Source of the DNA: Methanobacteriota archaeon
Lineage (GTDB): Archaea > Thermoplasmatota > Thermoplasmata > Methanomassiliicoccales > UBA472
DNA: 64,000 nucleotides
NCBI GenBank assembly: GCA_021372335.1
Contig: JAJFUR010000056.1
Location: 693 to 64,692, forward strand
Direction of reading: 5' to 3'
Below, piece after piece: positions 10,118-19,270 of the stretch. How positions within the stretch are numbered: the stretch's first letter is position 1; every line of letters begins with the position of its first letter. A model generated the notes under the pieces. The model saw only the letters and a list, made by a program, of their open reading frames with translations, was not told the origin of the DNA and ran no database searches. Made by a program: the position numbers and the translations under genes.

Positions 10118-11080
10118 GTGGCGTTCTATTGGGCCGCCAGCTGCGGCGGCTGCGAGATAGCGGTCCTGGACACGAACGAGAAGGTCCTGGAGCTGGCGGA
10201 GCACGCGGACATCGTGTTCTGGCCGGTGGCCATGGACATCAAGTACAAGGACGTCGAGGCGTTCCCCGATGGATACGTGGACGTGACCTTCTTCAATGGC
10301 TCCGTGCGGAACAGCGAGCAGGAGCACATGGCGAAGGTCCTGCGGGCGAAGTCGAAGATCCTGGTCGCATTCGGGGCCTGCGCCAACCAGGGCTCCGTCC
10401 CCGGCCTCGCGAACCTATGGTCCGCGGACGAGCTCCTGGACCACGTGTACCTGGAGGTCAGCGGGGGAAGGCACAATGGCTCGGCCGTCCCCAGGCCCGA
10501 GGCCGAGGTGAGGGAGGGCACGCTCCGCCTCCCGGTCCTCTACGACACCGTCAAGACGCTGGACCAGACCGTGGCGGTGGACTATTATCTTCCCGGATGC
10601 CCTCCGCCGGTGGAGCTGATCAAGCGGGCGATCGATGCCATACTGCAGGGGACACTGCCCCCACGGGGGTCCGTGCTCGCCCCCCTCACCGCCGTGTGCG
10701 CGGAATGCCCGCGCAAGCGGGAGGACAAGCGGATCACGGCCATCCATCGGGTGCACGAGGTCGTGCCCGCCCCGGAGCGCTGCCTTATGGAGCAGGGGAT
10801 AGTCTGCATGGGCATGGCCACCCGGGGAGGGTGCGGGGCGCAGTGCCTGAAGGTGGACATGCCCTGCACCGGCTGCGGAGGGCCCGCCCCGAACCGGCCG
10901 GACATGGGGACGGGCATGCTGACCGCCCTGGCATCCATCCTCCACCTGGACAAGGAGCCGGGCACGTACACGGAGGAGGAGGTCATGGAACTCATGGCCC
11001 AGATCAAGGACCCGGTCGGCCTCTTCTACATGTACAGCCTGCCCGCGTCGATCCTCAAGAGGAAGGTGATGAAGCGATGA
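10118..11080 (+). CDS. mvhG: [NiFe]-hydrogenase small subunit, Mvh (group 3) type
   Basis: GTG start. AFYWAASCGGCEIAVLD proximal-cluster motif, GACANQGSVPG, YLPGCPP, and a C-terminal Cys-rich cluster region. Confidence 0.8.
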   Translation: MAFYWAASCGGCEIAVLDTNEKVLELAEHADIVFWPVAMDIKYKDVEAFPDGYVDVTFFNGSVRNSEQEHMAKVLRAKSKILVAFGACANQGSVPGLANLWSADELLDHVYLEVSGGRHNGSAVPRPEAEVREGTLRLPVLYDTVKTLDQTVAVDYYLPGCPPPVELIKRAIDAILQGTLPPRGSVLAPLTAVCAECPRKREDKRITAIHRVHEVVPAPERCLMEQGIVCMGMATRGGCGAQCLKVDMPCTGCGGPAPNRPDMGTGMLTALASILHLDKEPGTYTEEEVMELMAQIKDPVGLFYMYSLPASILKRKVMKR

Positions 11081-12528
11081 AGGAGATCAACATAGACCCG
11101 ATCACCCGGCTGGAGGGGCATGGCAGCATATCCATCTTCCTCAACGACGAGGGAGAGGTGGAGAACGCCTACCTGAAGATCCCCGAGCTCAGGGGGTTCG
11201 AGGCGTTCTGCGTGGGCCGGCCGGCGGAGCTGATGCCCATCCTGACGACGCGCATCTGCGGCGTCTGCCCGGTCGCCCATCACCTGGCGGCCGTCAAGAC
11301 GTTGGACGCGTGCTTCAACGTCGAACCCCCGCCTGCGGCGAGGAAGCTGCGCGAACTCCAGTACATGGGGTACATCTGCTACGACCACATCCTGCACTTC
11401 TACTACCTCGGCGGGCCGGACTTCATCGTGGGGCCGGACGCGCCCCCGGAGAAGAGGAACATCCTGGGCGTGATCGAGAAGGCTGGGATGGACGTGGCCA
11501 AGGACGTCATCCGGCATCGGGCGTACGGGCAGCGGATCACGGAGATCATCGGGGGGAAGGCCACGCACCCCGTCAGCGGGCTTCCAGGGGGGGTGAGCAA
11601 ACCGCTGGACGAGGAGGGGCGCAGGGCCATACTGGACATGGCCAGGTCCCTTGTGGGCTTCGCCCAGTTCTCCCTCGCTACGTTCCATGAGCTGGTGCTC
11701 GGCAACCCCGGGTACATGGACCTCATCCGCAGCGACATGTTCACCCAGAGGACCTACTACATGGGGATGGTGGACGCCCGGAACAGGGTGAGCTTCTGCG
11801 ATGGGAAGGTCAGGGTCGTGGACCCGGCCGGCTCGGAGTTCGCCAAGTTCGATGCCCAGGACTATAAGGAGCACATCGAGGAGCGGTCGGAGGAATGGAC
11901 CTACTCCAAGTTCCCCTTCCTCAGGAAGGTGGGGTGGAAGGGCTTCACCGACGGGAAGGACAACGGCGCCTACAGGGTCGGCCCGCTCGGCCGGTTGAAC
12001 GCCGCGGAGGGGATGGCCACTCCTCTGGCAAACAAGGAGTACCAGGAGCTGTTCTCCCTTTTAGGTAGGCCGGTGCACAGCACCCTGGCCTTCCATTGGG
12101 CGAGGCTCATCGAGCTGCTGTACGCGGCCGAGAGGGCGGTGGAGCTCGCCAGCGACCCGGAGATCACCTCTCCGGACGTGCGGAATATGCCCGGGGAGCC
12201 TGGGCGCGGGGTCGGAATCGTTGAAGCGGCCCGGGGCACCCTGGTGCATGACTATCAGCTCAACAGCGACGCGCTGGTCGAGCGTGTCAACATGATCGTG
12301 GCGACCACCAACAATTACCCGTCCATCTGCATGAGCGTCCGGGATGCCGCCAAAGGGCTGATCCACGGCGGGAAGGTCGACGAACGGGTGCTGAACAAGG
12401 TGGAGATGGCCTTCCGCGCCTACGACCCCTGCTTCGGCTGCGCCACGCACTTCGCCGTGGGGCAGATGCCCCTGGACGTGAAGGTGTACGACCATCGCAA
12501 AGGGCTGCTATGCCAGCTGGGCCGTTGA
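11077..12528 (+). CDS. mvhA: [NiFe]-hydrogenase large subunit, MvhA-like
   Basis: ATGA overlap with the mvhG stop. N-terminal ITRLEGHG, L1 motif RICGVCPVAHHLAAV, and C-terminal DPCFGCATH followed by a cleavable tail. The track ORF 10129-12528 is this frame with a false 316-aa N-terminal extension. Confidence 0.9.
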   Translation: MKEINIDPITRLEGHGSISIFLNDEGEVENAYLKIPELRGFEAFCVGRPAELMPILTTRICGVCPVAHHLAAVKTLDACFNVEPPPAARKLRELQYMGYICYDHILHFYYLGGPDFIVGPDAPPEKRNILGVIEKAGMDVAKDVIRHRAYGQRITEIIGGKATHPVSGLPGGVSKPLDEEGRRAILDMARSLVGFAQFSLATFHELVLGNPGYMDLIRSDMFTQRTYYMGMVDARNRVSFCDGKVRVVDPAGSEFAKFDAQDYKEHIEERSEEWTYSKFPFLRKVGWKGFTDGKDNGAYRVGPLGRLNAAEGMATPLANKEYQELFSLLGRPVHSTLAFHWARLIELLYAAERAVELASDPEITSPDVRNMPGEPGRGVGIVEAARGTLVHDYQLNSDALVERVNMIVATTNNYPSICMSVRDAAKGLIHGGKVDERVLNKVEMAFRAYDPCFGCATHFAVGQMPLDVKVYDHRKGLLCQLGR

Positions 12529-12566
12529 CCGGGAGGGCCGTTCGCCCTCCGGTCCGATGGTAGGGG

Positions 12567-13064
12567 ATGCGGATGGACGAAGGGAAAGAACTGGAGGGCG
12601 CGCTCAGGGAATGGCTCGCCGGGGCGGGAACGGTGGTTGTGGCCGGGATAGGGAATCCCATCCGCCGGGACGACCACGCAGGGGTGAGGGTCGTCGAGGG
12701 GTTGAGGGGCGCCGTCTCGCCGCGCGTGCACCTTATCGAGTGCGAGACGGTGCCGGAGAGCTTCGTGGATGAGATAGTGGATGTCTCCCCGACGCACGTG
12801 CTCCTTATAGATGCAGCCCTCCTCGGCCTCCCCCCCGGGACCGTGGACCTCTATGACGTGGAGGAGGTCGCGGCCACCGCGGGCATAGCGACGCATGCCC
12901 TTCCCCTGCGCGTGCTCTGTGAGTACGTCACCCTGCTCACCGGGGCGAGGATCGCCCTTCTGTTGATCGAGCCGGAGGACACCGGCTTCGGGGAGGGCAT
13001 GACCCCCGGGCTTGAGGCGGCGACCCGACGCACGGTAGGAATGCTGACGGCTTTGCTACCATGA
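12567..13064 (+). CDS. Hydrogenase maturation endopeptidase (HycI/FrhD family)
   Basis: VVAGIGNPIRRDDHAGVRV motif, with the HALPL region later. 165 aa, immediately downstream of the large subunit. Confidence 0.8.
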   Translation: MRMDEGKELEGALREWLAGAGTVVVAGIGNPIRRDDHAGVRVVEGLRGAVSPRVHLIECETVPESFVDEIVDVSPTHVLLIDAALLGLPPGTVDLYDVEEVAATAGIATHALPLRVLCEYVTLLTGARIALLLIEPEDTGFGEGMTPGLEAATRRTVGMLTALLP

Positions 13065-13143
13065 GAACGGATGGGGGGTGCGCAGGGCGACCCTGAAAAA
13101 CCTGTAGCAAAGAGGTTTGTCCGGTGGAAGGGGCACCGTGCGC

Positions 13144-13311
13144 TTACTTGGAGAGCGCGCTGTTCGGGCACTCGTCCACGCAGGTGCCGCACTCGGTGCA
13201 CTTCACGGCGTCGATGACGGCTATATCGTCAACGGTTATGGCCCCGTTAGGGCATGCATCCTCGCAAAGTCCGCAACCAACACACTCGTCCGCATTAACC
13301 TTTACAGCCAT
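13144..13311 (-). CDS. 2x[4Fe-4S] ferredoxin, 55 aa (absent from ORF track)
   Basis: My own translation of the minus strand: [55 protein letters not shown]. It has two CxxCxxCxxxCP motifs and a TATA-like ATATATAC ~40 nt upstream. The plus-strand ORFs 13117-13791 and 13124-13327 are shadows. Confidence 0.85.
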   Translation of the reverse strand: MAVKVNADECVGCGLCEDACPNGAITVDDIAVIDAVKCTECGTCVDECPNSALSK

Positions 13312-13380
13312 TGTAAAGCACCTATGAGAAGGTGCAAGAAAAGTTGCCGTATATATGCTTTGCCCATTCTGGATAGCAAC

Positions 13381-13809
13381 TCATCTAACGATGAGGACGG
13401 AGACGCTGGCCCTTCTGGAGAGGCCCGAGGCGACGGACCCGACGGGAGGGCCCTTGGCCGCCCCCATGCCCTTGCTCCCGGTGACGATCAGGTTGGGCCG
13501 GAACGTCTCGGCGAACTCCAGGATCCTGGTCACCGGCGGGCCATGGAGGAGGACCGTCGTGGCCGTCACGCCCTCGGAGGCGAGGACATCCAGGGAAGAG
13601 CGCAGGACCTGCCTTCCCCGCTCCTCCATTTCCCCCAGGTCCTCCTCCGCGGTCAGGGTGGCGAATCCGCCGCCCTCGACGACGTACACGACGGCCATCT
13701 CATAGGAGGGGGAGGAGAGGGCGAGCAGGGTTGCCTTCCGGAGCGCCTTCTCCCCGTGGACCGAACCGTCGACCGCCACCAGCACCCTTAGCTCCTTCTC
13801 CATGACCAA
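13381..13809 (-). CDS. Universal stress protein (UspA family)
   Basis: LVAVDGS..., GSKGMGAAKGPPVGSVASGL ATP-binding type motif, 142 aa. Confidence 0.8.
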   Translation of the reverse strand: MVMEKELRVLVAVDGSVHGEKALRKATLLALSSPSYEMAVVYVVEGGGFATLTAEEDLGEMEERGRQVLRSSLDVLASEGVTATTVLLHGPPVTRILEFAETFRPNLIVTGSKGMGAAKGPPVGSVASGLSRRASVSVLIVR

Positions 13810-13941
13810 CCCTGTTCCTCCCAGGCTCTTGGGTCCGTATGCCCATCCTCCGCGCCCCTATTGAGCGTTGCGCTCTGGGCCATCGACAGGTCGGCCTTTA
13901 TCACCATGCGGTTGATATAGCCTCAGGGCGATCGCCCTGGT

Positions 13942-15003
13942 ATGCGGTACCTCTCCGGCCTGGTGCTGGGCCAGAACGGCTTCTTCCCCGGGCACGTGGG
14001 CATCGAGGACGGGATGGTGGCCGAGATCGGGCGCGGGCGGAAGGGGAGCGCCTACGCCCGGGGGCTCATCGTCCCGACGTTCGTGAACGCGCACACCCAC
14101 ATCGCCGACTACATCGTCCCCGTCGATCCGGCCATGACCCTGGAGGAGCTTGTCGCCCCGCCCAAGGGGCTGAAGCATCGGATGCTGGAGCAGGCGAGGC
14201 CGGAGGACCTCATCCGTGGGATGCTCACCATGAAGCGGTTCATGGCCCGGCGGGGGGTCTCCCACTTCCTTGACTTCAGGGAGGGCGGGTACGACGGTTC
14301 CGAATACCTGAGGCGCCTGGACGGCGAGGGGGCTGAGGCGGTCATCATGGGCCGCCCGAAGCTCCTGGAGTTCTGCCGGTCCGGGACAAGGAGGCTGCTG
14401 AAGGTGGCCGACGGCGTGGCCGTCTCCTCCATCACCGATTGGGAGTACTCGGAGCTCGAGAAGCTCTCCGAGGAGGTGCGCGCCCAGGGGAGGCCGTTCG
14501 CCCTCCACGCCTCCGAGAGGGTGCGGGAGGACATCGACAAGGTCCTGGCCCTGAAGCCTTCGCACCTCGTGCACATGACGGAGGCGACGGACGCGGACAT
14601 GCGCGAGGTCGCCGAGGCGGGGATTCCGGTGGTGGTCTGCCCCCGCTCGAACCTGTTCTTCGGAAAGGTGCCCCCGCTGGGAAGGATGCTCGCCGCCGGG
14701 CTCACCGTCGCTCTGGGGACGGACAACGCCATGGTCTGCCTGCCCGATATGCTGGTGGAGATGGAGGTAGCGGCCCGAATCCTCCGGGCGCAGGGCAGGA
14801 ACGGGGCGAAGGACGCGCTGGATATGGCAATGAACGGAAGAAAATTATTAAATCGCCAGGAATCGTTTAGTATAGAACCGGGTGTACGTTGCGAACTGAT
14901 GGTGCTCAGGCACCGGGGAGGGGACCCTGTCTCCGACCTCGTACTGCGCAGCGCTTCGGACGCGCCTGAGCTCGTATGTATAGGGAAGAACTGCTGGAGA
15001 TGA
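13942..15003 (+). CDS. Amidohydrolase-superfamily protein (chlorohydrolase/deaminase-like)
   Basis: HxH metal motif FVNAHTHIAD, a later HASE.. and GTDN motifs. 353 aa. Confidence 0.7.
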   Translation: MRYLSGLVLGQNGFFPGHVGIEDGMVAEIGRGRKGSAYARGLIVPTFVNAHTHIADYIVPVDPAMTLEELVAPPKGLKHRMLEQARPEDLIRGMLTMKRFMARRGVSHFLDFREGGYDGSEYLRRLDGEGAEAVIMGRPKLLEFCRSGTRRLLKVADGVAVSSITDWEYSELEKLSEEVRAQGRPFALHASERVREDIDKVLALKPSHLVHMTEATDADMREVAEAGIPVVVCPRSNLFFGKVPPLGRMLAAGLTVALGTDNAMVCLPDMLVEMEVAARILRAQGRNGAKDALDMAMNGRKLLNRQESFSIEPGVRCELMVLRHRGGDPVSDLVLRSASDAPELVCIGKNCWR

Positions 15004-15007
15004 AAGG

Positions 15008-15451
15008 ATGGTCCTGTTCAAGAAGATATTGATCCCGACCGATGGGAGCGAATATACCAAGGCCGCAGTGAGGATGGGGTTGGAGATCGCCAAGGCGTCG
15101 GAGGCGGAGGTCACCGCCCTGTACGTGGTCGACCAGACGTCCTTCATCAACTTTCCCACCGACTCCACCATCATCAGCGTCTACACCCTCCTGGAGAAGG
15201 AGGGCGAGGAGGCCTTGGAATACGTTAAGCAGGAGGCCGAGAGGCTCGGCGTGAAGGTGACGCCCCGCATAGAGGAGGGTTCCCCGTCCCGCAAGATCGT
15301 GGAACTGTCCTCCGAGCACGACCTGATCGTCATGGGCACCCTTGGCCGCACGGGCTTCTCCAAGCTCCTCTTGGGGAGCGTGGCCGAGCGCGTGGTGCGC
15401 TTCGCCAAGTGCCCCGTCCTTGTAGTGAGGGCCACAGGGGAGGAGCACTAG
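15008..15451 (+). CDS. Universal stress protein (UspA family)
   Basis: KKILIPTDGSEYT and GTLGRTGFSKLLLGSVAERV motifs. Confidence 0.85.
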   Translation: MVLFKKILIPTDGSEYTKAAVRMGLEIAKASEAEVTALYVVDQTSFINFPTDSTIISVYTLLEKEGEEALEYVKQEAERLGVKVTPRIEEGSPSRKIVELSSEHDLIVMGTLGRTGFSKLLLGSVAERVVRFAKCPVLVVRATGEEH

Positions 15452-16300
15452 ATGGCGACCGTCGGGGACGTGATGACGTCCAACCCTATCGTCGCCCAGG
15501 TGCCTGGGTCCCGGCAGGAGGTGCTGAAGATAATGGTCCAGCACAACCTGACCGGAATGCCCGTCGTCCGCAGGAGCGATGGCTCCCTCGCGGGCATGAT
15601 CACCCGCCAGGACATCTTCGACCATCCGGAGGAGGAGCAGGCGGCGATGATCATGCGGCGCGAGCATCCCGTGATATCCCCTTCGGCCTCCGTGGAGGAG
15701 GCGGCGAAGCTGTTGGTGGAGGGCACGATCCGCCATCTGCCTGTGGTGGACGGGAACCGGCTCGTCGGCATTCTGACGCCCACCGACCTGCTCTGCATCG
15801 TGGAGAAGAGGGGCATCGACCTCCCGGTGGAGAAGGTGATCCGCTCGCCCTGCGTGCCGATCTACCAGGAAGCCCCGCTAGCGGTGGCCTCGGTCACCCT
15901 GCGGGTCTCCAGATCGTCCGCCCTGCCGGTGCTGGACGAGCATGGGCGCCTCACCGGCATAATCACGGACCGCGACATATTCAACAAGAGCTACACGGAG
16001 GGGGCCGAGGCGGTCTCCGCCATGGGCCTGAACGAGGAGGAGGGCTGGTCCTGGGAAGGGCTCCGCAACGTCATGAGGCTCTGGTATGAGGTTTCCAAGA
16101 TCGAACTCCCCGGTGTGCCGATCAAGGAGATCATGGTGCGCGACCCGACCACCGTATTCAAGAAGACCGCCATCTCCGAGGCGGCCCGCATAATGCGGAA
16201 GAACGACTTCGGCCAGCTGCCCGTCCGGGACAACAAGGACCGGTTGCTGGCCATGATCTACGATCACGACATCATTTCCGTCCTTGTAAAGGAGCAATGA
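15452..16300 (+). CDS. CBS-domain protein (four CBS repeats)
   Basis: Repeated pattern VGDVMT..P..V......V...M......G.PVV. It abuts the upstream stop and overlaps glyS by 4 nt. Confidence 0.8.
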   Translation: MATVGDVMTSNPIVAQVPGSRQEVLKIMVQHNLTGMPVVRRSDGSLAGMITRQDIFDHPEEEQAAMIMRREHPVISPSASVEEAAKLLVEGTIRHLPVVDGNRLVGILTPTDLLCIVEKRGIDLPVEKVIRSPCVPIYQEAPLAVASVTLRVSRSSALPVLDEHGRLTGIITDRDIFNKSYTEGAEAVSAMGLNEEEGWSWEGLRNVMRLWYEVSKIELPGVPIKEIMVRDPTTVFKKTAISEAARIMRKNDFGQLPVRDNKDRLLAMIYDHDIISVLVKEQ

Positions 16301-17991
16301 ACCAGATGAAGGAGGTCAGCTCCGGGGAGATGCTCTCCCTATGCAAGAGGCGTGGGTTCATCTACCCTGCCTATGAGATCTACGGCGGCATTGCCGGCCT
16401 GTATGATTATGGCCCCCTGGGGACCGCCCTGAAGGGCAACATCGCCGACCTTTGGCGCAGGACCTACGTCCTACAGGAGGGGTTTGTGGAGATCGACGGG
16501 GACACCATCGGGCCCGAGGCGGTGTTCAAGGCCTCCGGGCACGTGGACAACTTCGCCGACCTCTCCGTGACCTGCAAGGCCTGCGGGGAATCGTTCCGGG
16601 CGGACCACCTGGCGAAGGGACTGCACCCCAATCCTGATTCCCTGTCCATCGAGGAACTCCAGGGACTCCTCCGGGCCAATGGCGTCCGGTGCCCGTGCGG
16701 TGGGGAGTTCGCCGATGTGGAGGAGTTCAACCTGATGTTCAAGACAAAGATCGGTCCGGGGGCTGGAAGGACGGGGTACCTTCGGCCGGAGACCGCGCAG
16801 TCCATCTTCGTAAACTACATCAACCTCTATCGGCACTGCCGCGAGAGGCTCCCGTTCGGCTGCATCCAGGTCGGCAGGGGCTATCGCAACGAGATCTCCC
16901 CGAGACAGGGGGTGATCCGGCTCAGGGAGTTCAACATGATGGAGGCCGAGCTGTTCGTGGACCCGGAGGACAAGTCCTGGCCCCGATACGGGAGGATAAA
17001 GGACCGGAAGGTGAGGCTGGTCCCCAACACCGACGGGGTCGAGGTGGAAATGGGCATCGGCGAGGCCGTGGACAGGGGCATAATCGGCAACGAGACCCTC
17101 GCCTACTTCATCTGGGTCACCTATGACTTCCTGACAGCCGTCGGCATCGACCCGGCGAGGCTGCGCTTCCGGCAGCACCTCAAGGCCGAGATGGCCCACT
17201 ATGCGTCCGATTGCTGGGATGCGGAGGCGCTGATCAGCTTCGGGTGGACGGAGATCGTGGGCATCGCCGACCGGGGCTGCTGGGACCTCTCCCAGCACAT
17301 GCGGTTCTCCAAGGCCGACCTGACCGCCTTCAAGCGCTTCGACGAGCCCAAGGAGGTCGAGAGGGACGCCATCAGGCCGAAGTTCGGGGCGATCGGCCCC
17401 CGCTTCAAGGGAGCGGCTGGGGATATCAAGCGGCAGATGGAGGCCATGGACGCCTCCGCCATCCACGACGGCCTGGTGACCGTCATCGTCGACGGGACGC
17501 CTGTGGACCTGGATGCTGATCACTACGACGTGGTCAGGGTGAGGGAGAAGGTGAACGGCGTCCGGGTCGTGCCGCACGTGATCGAACCGTCCCACGGCCT
17601 GGACCGCATCCTGTACAGCTGCCTGGAGCACGCCTATGCGGAGAGGGACGGGTACGTCACCCTGCGGCTGAGGCCGGCGGTCGCCCCCATCAAGGTCGGG
17701 GTCTTCCCGTTGATGGCCAAGGACGGCATGGAGGAGGTGGCCAAGGCCCTGGACCTGGCGCTGCGGGAGGAGGGGATAGCGACCTATTACGACGATTCCG
17801 GCTCCATCGGCCGCCGCTACGCCCGCATGGACGAGGTGGGCACCCCCTGGTGCGTCACCGTTGACTATGACACCCTCGAGAAGGGGGACGTGACGATAAG
17901 GGACAGGGACACCGCGGAGCAGGCCCGGGTGCCGGCCGACGATGTCGTCGCCTGGGTCAAGGACAGGCTCAAGCACGGACTGGTGTGCTGA
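16297..17991 (+). CDS. glyS: Glycine--tRNA ligase (archaeal/eukaryotic class II type)
   Basis: LCKRRGFIYPAYEIYGGIAGLYDYGPLG, YLRPETAQSIF, FRNEISPR motif 2, 564 aa. Confidence 0.9.
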   Translation: MNQMKEVSSGEMLSLCKRRGFIYPAYEIYGGIAGLYDYGPLGTALKGNIADLWRRTYVLQEGFVEIDGDTIGPEAVFKASGHVDNFADLSVTCKACGESFRADHLAKGLHPNPDSLSIEELQGLLRANGVRCPCGGEFADVEEFNLMFKTKIGPGAGRTGYLRPETAQSIFVNYINLYRHCRERLPFGCIQVGRGYRNEISPRQGVIRLREFNMMEAELFVDPEDKSWPRYGRIKDRKVRLVPNTDGVEVEMGIGEAVDRGIIGNETLAYFIWVTYDFLTAVGIDPARLRFRQHLKAEMAHYASDCWDAEALISFGWTEIVGIADRGCWDLSQHMRFSKADLTAFKRFDEPKEVERDAIRPKFGAIGPRFKGAAGDIKRQMEAMDASAIHDGLVTVIVDGTPVDLDADHYDVVRVREKVNGVRVVPHVIEPSHGLDRILYSCLEHAYAERDGYVTLRLRPAVAPIKVGVFPLMAKDGMEEVAKALDLALREEGIATYYDDSGSIGRRYARMDEVGTPWCVTVDYDTLEKGDVTIRDRDTAEQARVPADDVVAWVKDRLKHGLVC

Positions 17992-18014
17992 CCCAAATCC
18001 TTTAGACGAGGAAG

Positions 18015-19217
18015 GTGAGCAGAATGGTAGGAGAAAGCATCGAGGGATTGAAAAGGAAGGAGCTGCTGAGGTCCCAGATCGACGCCAACAAGGTCGGCGA
18101 CCTGATGAGGACGAAGTTCGAGACGGTAGGCCCGGAGACGCCCCTCTCCGACGTGGTGGCCAAGATGAACTCGTCCGACCTGCACGAGATCCCGGTCGTG
18201 GATGGCAAGAAGCTGCTGGGGGTCATCAGCTACCAGACGATCATCCGGAGGAAGAACCTGGTCCTGGGCACCAAGGCCAAGACCATGGTCGAGCCCACCC
18301 CCGAGATCACATTGGACACGCCGTTGACCGAGGTGGCCGAGCACTTCCTCTCCTCGGGCTTCAGGAACCTGCCGGTGACGAAGGGGAGGGTCGTTCAAGG
18401 CATTATCACCCGGACGGCGGTCATCTCCGTCCTCCCCCCGCTGAAGGAGATCAAGGCCATGAAGGTGGGCGACGTCATGACCACGGAGCCCCACGCGGTG
18501 CACGAGAAGGACAAGATCAAGGACGCCATGGGCCTGATGCGGAAGCTGGACGTGCGCACGGTCCCGGTGGTCGACGCCAACGGGAAGCTGGTGGGCATCA
18601 TTGGGATTAGAGACTTGGTGCAATACTCCTGGTCTGGCCCGGGGATCAAGACCCAGGGGCCGGGGGACATGGCCGGGAACAAGGACCCGATCGAGCTCGA
18701 GGTCCGTTCGCTGATGCATGAAAGCCCGATCACCCTGACGGCGGAGGACCCCCTGCCCAAGGCCATCCAGACCATGGTGGACCGGAACATCTCCACCATC
18801 CCTGTCGTGGACGAGGGGCGCATGGTCGGGATCATCACCGCATACGACGTGCTGGAGCTGGTGGCGTCCGTCCGCCAGCGGGATATGGTATATACCCAGA
18901 TATCCGGGCTGGAGGAGGAGGACCGCTTCTCCCTGGACTCCATGGAGAAGGAGGTGCAGGCCGGGCTGGCCAAGATTGCGAAGATCACCCGACCGCTGCT
19001 CTTCACCATCCACGTGAGCAAGTACAACAACACGGGCAACTCCGCCAAGTACTCCCTGACCGGCCGCCTGAACACCGAGAACTCACACTACATGGCCAAG
19101 GCGGTCGATTGGTCGCTGCCCCGGGCGACGGAGGAGCTGATGGACACCCTGGAACGGCTCGTCAAGGAGAGGAAGGAGCATGCCCTGGACGTGAGGATGA
19201 AGAGGGGGAGGCGGTGA
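18015..19217 (+). CDS. Four-CBS-domain protein with an HPF/RaiA-like C-terminal domain
   Basis: Four CBS repeats (aa ~25-285), then a ~110-aa tail with a beta-alpha-beta-beta-beta-alpha residue pattern (VYTQISGLE..MEKEVQAGLAKIAKI..LLFTIHVSKY..YSLTGRLNT..YMAKAVDW..ATEELMDTLERLVKERKE). Confidence 0.7.
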   Translation: MSRMVGESIEGLKRKELLRSQIDANKVGDLMRTKFETVGPETPLSDVVAKMNSSDLHEIPVVDGKKLLGVISYQTIIRRKNLVLGTKAKTMVEPTPEITLDTPLTEVAEHFLSSGFRNLPVTKGRVVQGIITRTAVISVLPPLKEIKAMKVGDVMTTEPHAVHEKDKIKDAMGLMRKLDVRTVPVVDANGKLVGIIGIRDLVQYSWSGPGIKTQGPGDMAGNKDPIELEVRSLMHESPITLTAEDPLPKAIQTMVDRNISTIPVVDEGRMVGIITAYDVLELVASVRQRDMVYTQISGLEEEDRFSLDSMEKEVQAGLAKIAKITRPLLFTIHVSKYNNTGNSAKYSLTGRLNTENSHYMAKAVDWSLPRATEELMDTLERLVKERKEHALDVRMKRGRR

Positions 19218-19270
19218 GGGAGCCCCTCAGCAACCTTTTTTAGAACCACCCCCCATTCCCCCTCCACTCC

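Noticed and set aside
10104-10120. The TAG stop of the NfnB-like gene, directly followed by sequence encoding the MvhG N-terminus (EKLKVAFYW..). This raised the idea of amber (pyrrolysine) read-through producing an NfnB-MvhG fusion.
   Set aside because: The mvhG reading frame is shifted by +2 relative to the NfnB-like frame, so read-through of the TAG cannot join them. Ordinary stop plus GTG restart.
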